Below, piece by piece: positions 38,848 to 52,127 of a stretch of DNA of 56,479 nucleotides. This DNA comes from an uncultured delta proteobacterium (GTDB taxonomy: Bacteria > Desulfobacterota > Desulfobacteria > Desulfobacterales > SG8-13). A program made the translations under genes and the position numbers. The notes under the pieces are model-generated. The model worked only from the letters and a program-made list of their open reading frames with translations. It did no database searches and was not told where the DNA came from. Within the stretch, counting starts at the first letter, position 1. Each line of letters opens with the position of its first letter. The stretch is taken from the NCBI GenBank assembly GCA_963848135.1, contig CAWKCK010000002.1:635684-692162 (forward strand), written 5' to 3'.

Positions 38848-40125
38848 TCATGAACAAGGATAGATCGGAAAATGAGAACAGATATCGGCAACCTTTTCGG
38901 CTGTTTCGTCAATCAGTTTTTTTTGTTCTTTTGCTTTTTTCGGTAGGACATCAATCAGATCCGCTATCCATCCTCCGATGAGTTGAAATTGCTGGAGGCC
39001 GAAGCCCCTTGTGGTTCCCGCGCTCGTTCCCAAGCGCAGCCCCACCCAGTCAGACGGCCTTGGCGAGTCGAAAGGAATCGGGTTTTTATTGGATGTCATG
39101 TTGACTTTGGCGAGTATGTCTTGTGCCTGTTGCCCGGTTATCCCCTTGGAAGATAAATCCAGCAGCACCAGATGGGTATCCGTGCCGCCGCTGATCAATT
39201 TTATATCTCTTGCAGCGAGCGTTTGTGCGAGAATACGGGCGTTATCTCTCACCTGTTTCCCATAAACCTTAAACTCGGGCTTGAGCGCTTCACCCAAACA
39301 TACGGCCTTGGCCGCTATGACCTGCGGGTGCAGGCTGCCTTGAACGCCCGGGAAAACGGCGGATTGAATTTTTTTAAACAGATCCTCGCGATTGGTGAGG
39401 ATCAAGCCGCCGCGCGCCCCTCGCATGGTTTTGGTCGTTGTCAGGGTGACGACATCGGCATAGGGTATCGGCGATGGATGCACGCCGGCCGCGACCAACC
39501 CGGCAAAATGCGCCATATCCACCATTAAATATGCCCCGCTTTTGTCGGCGATATCCCGCATGCGAGGAAAATCAATTTCCCTGGGGTAAGCCGACCCTCC
39601 CGCTATAAGTAACTTGGGTTTTATCTCCATAGTTATTTGTTCGACAGCCTCATAATTGATAATCCCGGTTTTTCTATCGACATGATAATGGTGTGAAGAA
39701 TAGATATGGCCGGACTGGCTGGCTTTCGCGCCGTGACTGAGATGGCCTCCGGCGGAAAGATCCAAACTGAGAATTCGTTCATGCGGTTCCAGGAGACTGA
39801 ACAATACCGCTTGATTGGCTTGTGAGCCGGAATGCGGCTGCGCGTTAACGTAATTGCAACCAAAGAGTTTTTTGGCACGCTCAATGGCAGCGTTTTCGAC
39901 AATATCAGCAAAGTCGGCGCCACCGTGAAACCGGTTACCAGGATACCCCTCGACGGTCTTGTTCGTGATCTCGGACCCCAGGGCCTCGAGCACGGCACGA
40001 CTGACCGTGTTCTCGGAAGCGATCAACTCGATCTGAGTCTGCTGGCGTTTTTTTTCATTCGCCAGCGCTTCAGAGATGAGCGCATCTTGTTGTTCAAGTG
40101 GTGCAGTAAAAAAAATTGAATCCAT
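38848..40125 (-). CDS. glyA: Serine hydroxymethyltransferase family, alpha-methylserine (MSHMT)-type variant
   Basis: IELIASEN, QPHSGSQAN, GGHLSHG, DMAHFAGL, GGTDTHL; variant motifs TNKTVEGYPGNRFHGG and TTTKT. Confidence 0.9.
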   Translation of the reverse strand: MDSIFFTAPLEQQDALISEALANEKKRQQTQIELIASENTVSRAVLEALGSEITNKTVEGYPGNRFHGGADFADIVENAAIERAKKLFGCNYVNAQPHSGSQANQAVLFSLLEPHERILSLDLSAGGHLSHGAKASQSGHIYSSHHYHVDRKTGIINYEAVEQITMEIKPKLLIAGGSAYPREIDFPRMRDIADKSGAYLMVDMAHFAGLVAAGVHPSPIPYADVVTLTTTKTMRGARGGLILTNREDLFKKIQSAVFPGVQGSLHPQVIAAKAVCLGEALKPEFKVYGKQVRDNARILAQTLAARDIKLISGGTDTHLVLLDLSSKGITGQQAQDILAKVNMTSNKNPIPFDSPRPSDWVGLRLGTSAGTTRGFGLQQFQLIGGWIADLIDVLPKKAKEQKKLIDETAEKVADICSHFPIYPCS

Positions 40126-40135
40126 AGTAGATGTA

Positions 40136-41596
40136 TTAATCTTTATATGGCTGGCTAACAGCAATTTTGATCAACTGACCTTTTTTTAAAGGCTTCCCGG
40201 TATCGAGGCCATTGACCATGGCCGTAATTTTCACACTCCACTCATTACCCGTGCGCTTGGAAAGCTTATCCAATGTTTCGCCTGGTTGCGCCGCCACTAT
40301 CCTCAACCGCATTTCCCGGATGGAAATCCGCTCTTTATCCCTTATAGGCCGAAAACTCTGTGCCGTTTCTCTCAATTCCGGTCGGTAGCGCTCCGGGGCC
40401 AATCCGATGATTTGATAGATCAGGCTTCGATATGCGATCCACAAAAACTGCATATGCACTATTTCCTGGCCGCTATTATCAGTATACGTCACCAGGTGTG
40501 CCGGCAGGTCGCCGATCATCGTCGATGTCGACTCGCTCGGACTGATCCGGTACTTTTCATGCAAAGCATTTATTGCCTCCTCGGCAGTTTTGGAGGGATC
40601 TGACCCTTGACCGGCGAGGCCGAGCAGCACGATTCCATCCTCTTCGGGCGCCACGGCAAATACTGCCTGGTGGGTATTCAATGCCTTCCATCCCTGTGGG
40701 AATCTGATAGAAAAATCCAAATCCGGGTGCAGGAAATCGCGTTCCTGAAAAACACCCATGGCCGGGTCATCACCCACAAGCAGGCCGTCCAATCGTTTCA
40801 GGTGACCGGCGGCATTGTTCGTCACCCCGGGTTGCCGCTGCCAGTCGATCCTTTCGGCGTCCCTGAGAACGCGATCTACCCGGTCTGGAGTGGATGGGTG
40901 GGTGTCAAAAAAACCAGGAATCCGTTGTTGACCTGAGTATGCTTCCGAGAATGCGTTTATCCGCGCCAGGATGGACGCCAATGCAGACGGATCATAACCG
41001 GCTCGTGCGGCCAGTTGCTGGCCGAGCTGATCCGACTCGTACTCATCCTGCCGACTGTTGGAGGCCAGGTAGGCACCGCCAAGCACGGCCACGGGAGCGA
41101 TCATTATATTGCCGAGACCTTCACTGACTACGCCCCCGACAACTGCTCCCGGCAAGGCAAGCAAAGCAGGGACCTTGGCCTTGGCCATCTGCTTGGCCGA
41201 ATGCCTGTTGCTGACATGAATGACTTCGTGTCCGACGACTCCTGCCAGTTCATCTTCGTTATTGGTCAATGCCAGTATCCCGCGCGATAGGTAAACGTAT
41301 CCCCCGGGCAAAGCAAATGCGTTAGGTATATACTGATCAATGATAGCGAAACGAAAATCAAAGGTTTTGTCAGAGTTGGCCCTGACCAGCCTCGCGCCAA
41401 CCTGGTCCACGTACTGAGTGGCCCCGGCTTCCTGATAAATGCCCATGCCGGCTTCCACTTGTTTGGCCGCTTCGCGCCCCAGCTCTCTATCTTTTTCCAC
41501 CGACTGCAGAGCGGCACCGCATCCAGTAATAAAAAAAAGAATTACGATAATTACCGGAAACACACTGTTCCTATTGTTCAATTTTGGCGTGTCCAA
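40136..41596 (-). CDS. M48 family metalloprotease lipoprotein with C-terminal LysM-like region
   Basis: ITGC lipobox, PNAFALPGGYVY, VGHEVIH (HExxH), EYESD, FDTHP; start approximate (TTG). Confidence 0.88.
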   Translation of the reverse strand: MDTPKLNNRNSVFPVIIVILFFITGCGAALQSVEKDRELGREAAKQVEAGMGIYQEAGATQYVDQVGARLVRANSDKTFDFRFAIIDQYIPNAFALPGGYVYLSRGILALTNNEDELAGVVGHEVIHVSNRHSAKQMAKAKVPALLALPGAVVGGVVSEGLGNIMIAPVAVLGGAYLASNSRQDEYESDQLGQQLAARAGYDPSALASILARINAFSEAYSGQQRIPGFFDTHPSTPDRVDRVLRDAERIDWQRQPGVTNNAAGHLKRLDGLLVGDDPAMGVFQERDFLHPDLDFSIRFPQGWKALNTHQAVFAVAPEEDGIVLLGLAGQGSDPSKTAEEAINALHEKYRISPSESTSTMIGDLPAHLVTYTDNSGQEIVHMQFLWIAYRSLIYQIIGLAPERYRPELRETAQSFRPIRDKERISIREMRLRIVAAQPGETLDKLSKRTGNEWSVKITAMVNGLDTGKPLKKGQLIKIAVSQPYKD

Positions 41597-41725
41597 ATCG
41601 GCCCTCTTTAATCGCACAGAATGATCCTTATCATAGTTAGTATATGCAGTGAACCAACATAAGCAAACACTCGGCAGTTTCATTGGAAAACTGTCTTTAA
41701 ACTTCCAACCAGTCCAGGAGGCATC

Positions 41726-42247
41726 ATGCGAACTGAATCCTCGTCCCGTATCCACGGACTACCTATTATTACCGCAATAGCGCTATCGGTCATTGCCGCA
41801 ATATTGATATTTTTACCCCCTTCGATCATGGCCGCCGGAAGTTCCAGTAGTTCGGCGCCCAAATCGGACCCATCATACAGCAAACGCCAAAAAGCCAATT
41901 CCTATTTTACCAAGGGCGAATCCTACCAGGAAAAAGGCCAATATGACAAAGCGGCCAAACAATACGAAGAAGCGATAAAGGCAGACGGCGACTATGCCGA
42001 AGCATACAGCAACCTGGGGTTCTGTTACCGTAAACAGGGACAATTCGACAAAGCCATACGCACCTACGAGCGCGCCATAGCCTTAAAACCGGATTTGGCC
42101 GAAGCCCATGAATATATAGGGGAAGCGTACGCAGAAATGGGTAAATTCGATCTGGCCGAAAAGCACTTAAAGATTCTAAAGGAATTGGGCTCTGACGAAG
42201 CGGATGAGCTGGAGGAATTTATTCAGAAACAAAAATCCAAGTCTTGA
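41726..42247 (+). CDS. Secreted TPR protein
   Basis: AGGAGG SD, signal peptide, three TPR-like repeats ([22 protein letters not shown]). Confidence 0.88.
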   Translation: MRTESSSRIHGLPIITAIALSVIAAILIFLPPSIMAAGSSSSSAPKSDPSYSKRQKANSYFTKGESYQEKGQYDKAAKQYEEAIKADGDYAEAYSNLGFCYRKQGQFDKAIRTYERAIALKPDLAEAHEYIGEAYAEMGKFDLAEKHLKILKELGSDEADELEEFIQKQKSKS

Positions 42248-42249
42248 TA

Positions 42250-42280
42250 CAATGACCTCCAACGGAACCGGAGGTCATTG
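42250..42280. terminator. Hairpin between convergent genes
   Basis: CAATGACCTCC / GGAGGTCATTG 11-bp stem. Confidence 0.65.
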
Positions 42281-42291
42281 ATCATTTAATA

Positions 42292-42966
42292 TCATATATA
42301 CCCTTGCTCTGTGGCAATCAGTGCAATAAGTTCTTTCGGAGGACTCCCGTTGCCGCCAATAATGTTTTTGATTTCATTGGTCAGGCGGGTGCGTTGGACT
42401 AATTTGGAAAGCGCCCGTGCCCCTTTTTCGATCCTCTCTGCAGTCGATGTCATCTCTAAAAACCTCTGGCGCTCAGCTGGCGTAAACCCGTCCAAAGCCG
42501 CGATTTCAAAAGACAGCGCCAATAGATTTGCCTGCTTCGTTACATCAAGACGCTGCGTGGAACGATCCATTCCATAAAGTTCGTTGAGCAGATCCCGGAT
42601 ATTTGCAATATCGCTTTGTAATTCATCAGGGTTTGGCTTATCACCATCATCGAAAAAGGTGACATGCGCCTGAAGATAGGGCTTTTCATCAATCACTTTC
42701 TGGACGATAAATCTTTTTTGTCCGCGCGTCAGGATGTCCATGCGTCCGTCGCTGTAGTATTTCGTCACTTCGGTTACCAGGGCCGTGCAGCCCACGGTCA
42801 GCATGTGTTGCCCATCGAACAGAATGATTCCAAAGGGCTGCTTTTGCGCCAGGCATTCGGTAATCATCAGCTTATATCGATCTTCGAATATGTGCAGTGG
42901 GAGGACCATATCCGGAAGTATCACAACGCCCAACGGGAACAAGGGGATTGTCTTCATCTCATCCAC
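42292..42966 (-). CDS. Lon protease N-terminal substrate-binding domain protein
   Basis: IPLFPL.VVILP...PLHIFEDRYKLM, VGCTA, DGRMDIL.RGQKRF. Confidence 0.92.
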   Translation of the reverse strand: MDEMKTIPLFPLGVVILPDMVLPLHIFEDRYKLMITECLAQKQPFGIILFDGQHMLTVGCTALVTEVTKYYSDGRMDILTRGQKRFIVQKVIDEKPYLQAHVTFFDDGDKPNPDELQSDIANIRDLLNELYGMDRSTQRLDVTKQANLLALSFEIAALDGFTPAERQRFLEMTSTAERIEKGARALSKLVQRTRLTNEIKNIIGGNGSPPKELIALIATEQGYI

Positions 42967-43105
42967 TTTTTTCCTCCCTACAGCCGTAAGTTTAATGGTT
43001 TAGGTTCCTGCCGCATGCCCCACTCCGGCAGTCGATCATTCCGGTTTTCGACGACCCAATGATCAACCGCTCTTGTACTTTCGAATAGACCTTGTAGACA
43101 GCCCC

Positions 43106-43741
43106 CTATTTATGGTCACCATAAATATCCAAATCAGGATATAGTTTTTCGGCGCAATCCGGGCATATCCCGTGACTGAAATCCGCTTCCGAGTGGTCAC
43201 GGATATAGGCTTCAATTCGGTTCCAGTAGCCGGTATCATCCCTAATCTTTTTGCAACCGGCACAGATGGGCAAAAGCCCGCTGAGTTTCTTAACCGTGGA
43301 AAGCGCCTCTTGCAGCTCAGCGATCAGACCTTCTCTCTCGCGTTCAACTTCCAGCTGCCTCGATATATCAATGATTACGGCAGAAACCAGGGTACCGGAC
43401 TGACTGCGGGAGTACCCCAGGCCCACTTCAACGGGGAACTCTCTGCCATCCTTTGCTTTTCCATACAGGTTTCTTCCTTTTCCCATTTTGCGCGCTGAAG
43501 GTACTTTGATGAAATCTGTTCTTTGGGAGATATGCTCCTTGCAAAAACGTTCGGGAATCAGCATTTCAACCTTTTGACCGATCAACTCTTCCTTCTGATA
43601 GTCAAACATTTTTTCAACAAGACGGTTGACAAATATAATATTGCCACCTTCATCCACCAACAGAAACCCGGCAGGTGCCTGATACATCAAGCTTTCAAGA
43701 TGCTTTGCGAGGAGTTCTGCACTCGTTTTATTATTTTCCAT
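43106..43741 (-). CDS. PAS-domain protein with C-terminal CxxC...CxxC domain
   Basis: VNRLVEKMFDY..EELIGQKVEMLIP, DGREFPVEV PAS/PAC; LLPICAGCKKIRDD...FSHGICPDC tail. Confidence 0.88.
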   Translation of the reverse strand: MENNKTSAELLAKHLESLMYQAPAGFLLVDEGGNIIFVNRLVEKMFDYQKEELIGQKVEMLIPERFCKEHISQRTDFIKVPSARKMGKGRNLYGKAKDGREFPVEVGLGYSRSQSGTLVSAVIIDISRQLEVEREREGLIAELQEALSTVKKLSGLLPICAGCKKIRDDTGYWNRIEAYIRDHSEADFSHGICPDCAEKLYPDLDIYGDHK

Positions 43742-44162
43742 ATTTTGGGTATTTTCGTTTGGTTGAATGAAATCTCGAGTAAATTCATGATTATTTTATT
43801 AGGATGATATGACAGGTAGGCCAGGAATTCAATGGCATGTGGTTCGAGGTCTTTGTGGATCATCGAACTGCCGCCCCAAGTGATTCGACCTCACTCCATA
43901 GATATGGCATGCCTGGTGCATATCGAATGTGCCGGTCAATGGATATATTAAGTGTCCCTTCTTTTGCAATCCCAGTGACATCGCCCAGTCTTATTGCCCA
44001 ATTATATGGTATCCATCCATAATATATCCGTTTTTATGATTTGGACACCCAATCGTACTATCTGCATTTCGCGAATGGACACTATCTATAATATTTCGTT
44101 GATGTGAACCAATTTTAACGCTATATTGTTAGCAATTGATAGACCGTTTTGAAGGCTATAAT

Positions 44163-44198
44163 AAAAATCGGGATCATATCTGACCCCGATTTTTTTTT
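44163..44198 (+). terminator. Intrinsic terminator-like hairpin upstream of parE
   Basis: AAAAATCGGG...CCCGATTTTT stem followed by a T-run. Confidence 0.55.
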
Positions 44199-44255
44199 AA
44201 AATTACTTGTAGATCTGGATAATATTTTCCAAATTTATCACCCGTAATACTGTAG

Positions 44256-46277
<2,022 letters not shown>

Positions 46278-46477
46278 GTGTAACTGCAATTAATTGTCAT
46301 GCAAAGCAACGAACTCTGTAAAATTACTTTGATAAAACTTTCTGCCATAAAGGGTTTCATAACTTATCAACTCGCCTATAAACGTTGTCAATGTAAGATA
46401 GGAAAACCTCCTGCAGGCATAAGCCTGAGAGGTAATCCCTGAATCTATAGACGAAAACTAAATTGGAGTAACACCAT

Positions 46478-48751
46478 ATGTTCGAAAAGAAAATGACCTC
46501 TTATGAAGGCATTGAACAGCTATCCCTTGACGCCTTTGTAAGGCCTTCTTATTTGAATTACGCCATGTACGTTATCATGGATCGTGCCCTGCCGTTTATC
46601 GGCGATGGTTTCAAACCCGTTCAGCGCCGTATTATATATGCCATGAGCGAACTTGGCCTCCGCTCAACAACGAAGCACAAAAAATCGGCTCGTACTGTCG
46701 GTGACGTTTTAGGTAAATTCCACCCGCACGGCGACACGGCCTGTTATGACGCCATGGTCTTGATGGCCCAGGATTTTTCTTATCGTTATCCACTCATCGA
46801 CGGCCAGGGCAATTGGGGTTCAAACGCTTCACCGAAAGAATTTGCTGCCATGCGATACACTGAGGCACGTCTTTCGCCTTATGCCGACGCTTTTCTCTCC
46901 GAGCTTTCGATGGGCACCGTTGATTGGGTCCCCAATTTTGACGGGACCCTCAGCGAACCGCGCATGCTTCCTGCCAGGCTGCCGAATGTTATTTTAAATG
47001 GCGCCACCGGTATTGCGGTTGGTATGGCAACCGATATTCCTCCTCACAACCTGAATGAAATTATTAGTGCTTGTATTCACCTGATCGATAACCCCAAAGC
47101 TACAATCGAGGATATTCGCCAAATCATAAAAGGTCCCGATTTTCCAACCGGAGCGGAAATAATTACGTCTGAAGAAGAAATTACAAATATTTATAGATCC
47201 GGTCAGGGTATGATTCGGATGAGAGCTACTTATGAATATGAGAATGGGGACATCATTATTACTTCCCTTCCCTATCAGGTTTCGCCTGCCAAGGTGATCG
47301 AACAGGTGGCGTTACAGATGAGAGAAAAAAAGCTTTCCATGGTTTCTGACATTCGTGATTTGTCAGACCAAGACGAGCCGACACGCCTTATGATCATGCT
47401 GCGTTCAAACCGGGTAGACAAAAAAGCCTTGATCAGTCATCTGTTTGCAACTACCGACCTTGAAAAAAGTCACAAAATAAACATGACTGTTATCGGACTA
47501 AACCGAAAGCCGCAAACGCTCGGTCTTTTGGAGATTACTAAGCAATGGCTTCAATTTCGTAAACAAACAGTGATTCGGCGTCTGGAATTTCGTTTAAATA
47601 GAATCAAAGAGCGTCTGCACTTACTCGAAGGACTATTAGTTGCATACCTCAACCTCGACGAGGTTATAAGGATTATTCGAGAAAATGACGCGCCCAAGAC
47701 GATATTAATGCAAAAATTTGAGTTGACCGATTTGCAGGCTGAGGCAATTTTACAGATACGGCTTCGTCAACTGGCAAAACTTGAAGAGATTAAAATAAAA
47801 AATGAAAGGCAGGAACTTTTAAAAGAGAAAAATTGGATCGAAAAAACACTTGCCTCAAAACAGCGTCTGAAAACGCTGATGAAAAACGAGCTCAGAGAAG
47901 ATAATCAAAAATACGGAGACGAGCGCAGAACCCTGATCGTTGAGCGCAAGGAAGCCCGGGCTATTAAGGCGGTTGAGCTCACGGCTGTTGAACCAGTTAC
48001 CGTAGTACTTTCCACCGGTGGATGGGTGCGTGCGGCTAAGGGGCACGAGGTGGACCCCAATAATCTTAATTATAAAGCAGGCGATGAATTTTTATGTGCC
48101 GCACGCGGCAAAACCACTCATCCGGCAATCTTTTTCGATACCAATGGAAGGTCCTATTCGTTGCCGGCCCACACACTGGCGTCGGCCCGGGGGCATGGGG
48201 AACCACTGACCGGCAAGCTGACACCATCAAACGGAGCAAAATTTTTATCCGTGGTAATGGGTCTGTCAGATCAAAAAGTGCTTCTTGCCAGTGATGCGGG
48301 GTATGGTTTTATTACGAATATCGCCAATATGGTGACAAAAAACACCAAGGGTAAAGCCATGCTCACAGTCCCAAAGGAATGCGAGCCGTTACCACCCGTA
48401 TATGTTAACAATTATGAAACCGACTATTTAGCCGCGATTACCACAGAAGGACATATGTTGGTCATTCCCATCAAGGTACTGCCCGAGCTTCCGAGGGGAA
48501 AAGGCAACAAAATCATCCAAATCCCTCCGGCAAGGTTAAAAAAACGCGAAGAGTATTTAAAATTGCTGGAGATTATACCTGAAGGTGCGACCATTAAGAT
48601 TCACGCCGGCAAGCAATCTGTTCGATTCACACCGGAAAATATTTCTTCTTTTGTCGGCGAGCGTGGGCGGCGTGGTAGAAAACTTCCAAGAGGCTACCGA
48701 AAAGCAGACCGGATTGAGATCATTCACGTGGAAGGCGACAGCAACTCGTGA
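46478..48751 (+). CDS. parC: DNA topoisomerase IV subunit A
   Basis: [47 protein letters not shown]; no GyrA-box seen. Confidence 0.96.
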   Translation: MFEKKMTSYEGIEQLSLDAFVRPSYLNYAMYVIMDRALPFIGDGFKPVQRRIIYAMSELGLRSTTKHKKSARTVGDVLGKFHPHGDTACYDAMVLMAQDFSYRYPLIDGQGNWGSNASPKEFAAMRYTEARLSPYADAFLSELSMGTVDWVPNFDGTLSEPRMLPARLPNVILNGATGIAVGMATDIPPHNLNEIISACIHLIDNPKATIEDIRQIIKGPDFPTGAEIITSEEEITNIYRSGQGMIRMRATYEYENGDIIITSLPYQVSPAKVIEQVALQMREKKLSMVSDIRDLSDQDEPTRLMIMLRSNRVDKKALISHLFATTDLEKSHKINMTVIGLNRKPQTLGLLEITKQWLQFRKQTVIRRLEFRLNRIKERLHLLEGLLVAYLNLDEVIRIIRENDAPKTILMQKFELTDLQAEAILQIRLRQLAKLEEIKIKNERQELLKEKNWIEKTLASKQRLKTLMKNELREDNQKYGDERRTLIVERKEARAIKAVELTAVEPVTVVLSTGGWVRAAKGHEVDPNNLNYKAGDEFLCAARGKTTHPAIFFDTNGRSYSLPAHTLASARGHGEPLTGKLTPSNGAKFLSVVMGLSDQKVLLASDAGYGFITNIANMVTKNTKGKAMLTVPKECEPLPPVYVNNYETDYLAAITTEGHMLVIPIKVLPELPRGKGNKIIQIPPARLKKREEYLKLLEIIPEGATIKIHAGKQSVRFTPENISSFVGERGRRGRKLPRGYRKADRIEIIHVEGDSNS

Positions 48752-49126
48752 AGGAAAACCAGCGGCAGCAAATCCCAACCCTGCCACCAGGGACTGATTA
48801 ACTGAAACACCTCCATTTAAAAATACCAGGCATTCATAGCTATTTATACCCGAATATGCTAAAGCTCCGTGGAGGTTTACAAGAGGTTCGGCGAGCATTG
48901 GCGTTTTACAGCCAATGTGTGCAATTGTTAGAAGGCCTGCAGTGATTCTCTCAAAATTTCGTTGATTGCGTAAGTAGTAAAGGCTATACGAGGTTGGGGC
49001 GGGACATCTTGTTAAGTTACTTTCAGAGCGCCTTAAATTCGACTCCGTATCAACTCTATGGCGATAGATCAAATTGGTTAAAGTAACGCTGGGACATATC
49101 ATTAACTACAGAAAGGAGACTTCATT

Positions 49127-49327
49127 ATGGCGGTTGCAAAAGTTATCGAGCTTATTTCTGAAGGGAAAAATGTTGAGAATGCAATTGAAAATGCACTCCA
49201 GGAAGCCGCAAAAACTGTAAAGAACATAAAACATATTTATGCAGAAGCAATCCAAGCAATTGTGGAGAACAACAAGGTTAAATCCTATCGCATAAACGCG
49301 AAAGTTACGTTCATTGTAAACTCATAG
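49127..49327 (+). CDS. Dodecin family protein
   Basis: AVAKVIELIS...AAKTVKNI...YRINAKVTFIV; AAGGAG SD. Confidence 0.9.
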   Translation: MAVAKVIELISEGKNVENAIENALQEAAKTVKNIKHIYAEAIQAIVENNKVKSYRINAKVTFIVNS

Positions 49328-49412
49328 CTGTAAATTTAGTTCTGGAAAAAATATTGGGCAGTTTCCTGATAATAATGGGCTGCCCATATCTATGAATTTT
49401 CAAAATATCTTT

Positions 49413-49703
49413 TTAAATTTCAGATATGAGTTTTCGATATTCATCTTCATTAAAAATCCGGAAACCCTCAGTCCGAATTGCACCTGCCGAACCAAGCGTT
49501 ATTGATAATTTCATAGCAGTTTCATCATCAGGTATTTCGGAAATTACTACCCTATCAAATCTTCCCATCGCCAGGTAAAACGATTTTATCTCAGCGCCCA
49601 TTGATTTAAATAGTCCCTTCGCTGCCTATAGACGATTGGGGCTTTCCTTCATGTTTGCTACACCTTTTGGGGTATATTATATAAGTGACATATAAATTGG
49701 CAT
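49413..49703 (-). pseudogene. GYD-domain protein pseudogene (two in-frame stops)
   Basis: AAGGAGG SD then MPIYMSLI*YTPKGVANMKESPNRL*AAKGLFKSMGAEIKSFYLAMGRFD... Confidence 0.85.
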
Positions 49704-50218
49704 TGTTCCTCCTTTCAATAATGTATGGTGAATGTCCAAACTGATTGTTTTTTCGACTATAATAATGAGGGATTTAAACAGGAGAACAGAATTTTCCGGA
49801 TTAGTGAGTTTTTCGGTGTAGGCTCAAGATCAAAACAGATGCGATTATACTGAATAAATATAAAACTGAAATTATGCACCCTGTCAATACCACGGTGTAT
49901 GTAAAATTAAAATCTCTTGATAACAGCTAAATTTTCGGTTCCCAAGGATTGTCTATGGTTAGAATCTGGTTATCCCTAAATCAATTTTCAACAACGGGAT
50001 GTGGCTATCTGCCGTTTAGGCTGATCTGCGGTTAAGTTGGAGAGGTATGTGCAGGGACTTAGTCCTGAGGTGTTCGAAACTTGCAGGTTTGTGATCGTTC
50101 CTGTAGATTAATCTTTGAAAAATATATTGTTGGCTCCACAAATCAGCGGCTTGTCCGCTGGATTTGTGTTGTTACCAGAAAATAATCTCTCTCACTACTT
50201 TCTCTTGTAAGGGCAGCG

Positions 50219-51592
50219 CTATAGGGCTGCACTCCTATGTGGTACAAGGGAATGAGGCAAAGTGTCGACGGCTTTCAGGATTCTTTTGCATTGCGCGGTA
50301 AGTGTGTAATGCGAAGCCACCTCTACTGCTGCCTCTGCCTTGTGCAGTTTCCAGTTCTCAACAAGCGCACGAATAATAGTCTCACCCAACGCTTCTTGGA
50401 ATTGTTTTTTGCTTTCAAAGTCGTGAACGAGTTCACCCACCGTCTGATCTATGAACTCTAACGGCCCGCCAGCGGCCGTTCCGATGGCTGGGGTTCCACA
50501 GGCAAGGCACTCCAACAAGACAAGGCCAAACGCCTCGAACTTTGTGGGAAAAACTCCGATGTCAGCAATGTTATAGAGTTCTGCGAGTGCCGTTTGAACC
50601 TGAGGACCAATAAAATACACCTCTGAGAGGCCAAGTTTGACCGCTATATCCTGATACCGCTTTTGCTCCTCTATCGGACCAGAACCAGCGATGACGGTAG
50701 CCACCCGCAGACCCGGTATCTTCTCATAGGTAACCGCTGCATGGAGTAAGCAATCGATGCGCTTGATGTCGGCGAACTTACCAACAAATAGCACCACTCG
50801 GTCGCAACCAGCCGGGATGTTAATGGATTTCTCGATGCTTCCCGCGTAAGGCTTGGCAGGGAAATGCGCAAGAACTTCATCGCGTTTAAGTGTATTGTCG
50901 ACTCGGAAGATGCTGGGATCTATGCCATTAGGAGTAACAAACACCTTCTGTGGTTCGAAAGCTTCAAATACCGATAAAAAGCGTTCTTTTTGGGAATTTG
51001 AAATCACAAAGACACCACTGACGGCATCGAATACACCTTCTTCGACCCATCGCGGATAAAAGCGCAGTGGATATTCGGGGTTGTCGCCCGCTATCTCACT
51101 CCTAAACATGAGTAATGCTGTACCGTGTACAAAGGCCACCAAGGGCACAGCAGGTCTACCTTGTGCGACACGGAGGCGATTCACATCACCCATAACCATG
51201 GGATTGAGGAATGCGTGATGAGCGATAAACAGGTCGAAGGGCTTGCCATGCATCTCCTCCACCTCGTTTATATACATGGTAACAAATTTATATAGCCGGA
51301 TTCTGTATGCCTCAAATTCCTCCTCGCTCATGCTGTGCCAACGGTAGGATGAGACGGGTGACACAGATTCACAGATTGGAATGTCGTGGTTAAGTTCGAA
51401 GACACGAGCATCGGGTCGGTCAAGGCGTTGGACGCGAGATGGAAAGACGCTGTAGCACGCCACCCCATTCATAGTGTTGTAGGTGTCATGATGTTGTTCG
51501 TGGAGGATACCACTTCCAGGAGCAAACTCCTGACTCGATTGCCAATTGTTGGTACCGAGTTGAAAGATTAGGCGTTGTGTCGAATTATCCAT
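50219..51592 (-). CDS. Glycosyltransferase family 4 protein
   Basis: VTPNGID, VLFVGK, EAFGLVLLECLACGTP (EX7E); start approximate. Confidence 0.9.
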   Translation of the reverse strand: MDNSTQRLIFQLGTNNWQSSQEFAPGSGILHEQHHDTYNTMNGVACYSVFPSRVQRLDRPDARVFELNHDIPICESVSPVSSYRWHSMSEEEFEAYRIRLYKFVTMYINEVEEMHGKPFDLFIAHHAFLNPMVMGDVNRLRVAQGRPAVPLVAFVHGTALLMFRSEIAGDNPEYPLRFYPRWVEEGVFDAVSGVFVISNSQKERFLSVFEAFEPQKVFVTPNGIDPSIFRVDNTLKRDEVLAHFPAKPYAGSIEKSINIPAGCDRVVLFVGKFADIKRIDCLLHAAVTYEKIPGLRVATVIAGSGPIEEQKRYQDIAVKLGLSEVYFIGPQVQTALAELYNIADIGVFPTKFEAFGLVLLECLACGTPAIGTAAGGPLEFIDQTVGELVHDFESKKQFQEALGETIIRALVENWKLHKAEAAVEVASHYTLTAQCKRILKAVDTLPHSLVPHRSAAL

Positions 51593-52127
51593 TGTTATGT
51601 TTTTTTCCAAATGTTTGAAAACCAAGCCTTGGTAGCTAACCATTGATTATCAGGTCAATGTTCCCTTATAAGCTGATATTAAGGATGTTTTGAGAAAATC
51701 TGCTTTGATATTTTCACGCCAATTTTGCAATCTCATATAGAACAATTTTTCGGCGAAAATCAATTGAATTCATAATCTTAACCCTGCCAGTAGCTACAGA
51801 GAGTGCGTTGTTTGTGGAATAAGTCCTGATCTGGTGATTTATTAAGACTATATGGAACTTCTGGGATTGGTCAATACTTGGAACAACTTGCCACTAGACC
51901 AACTATCGGAATTCGTATCAATTGTGACGATCCGGTTTGGTAACCTCAAGGAAATCCCTCAGAGGATAGCTTTTAGGCCAGCAGCTCTCGTTGCTTTTTA
52001 CTTTTCTCGTCCCCAAAAAGATTTCCACACTCCCAAGGCTGACGATTTTTTTAAGATTGCCAAATGCTATTCACACAAACCATTTGTTCCATATAGCCGC
52101 AATATACTATTATCGAGAAAGGAGGTT

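Noticed and set aside
43860..44035. Protein-like minus-strand fragment (RIYYGWIPYNWAIRLGD...)
   Set aside because: No start codon or SD and no recognisable family; cannot be supported without a search
46720..46755. Fluoroquinolone-resistance allele in the ParC QRDR
   Set aside because: Thr and Asp at these positions are conservative and occur naturally in type II topoisomerases; resistance cannot be inferred
49413..49703. Stop-codon readthrough (pyrrolysine/recoding) in the GYD gene
   Set aside because: One stop is TAG but the other is TAA, and other genes end normally at both codons; simple pseudogenisation fits better
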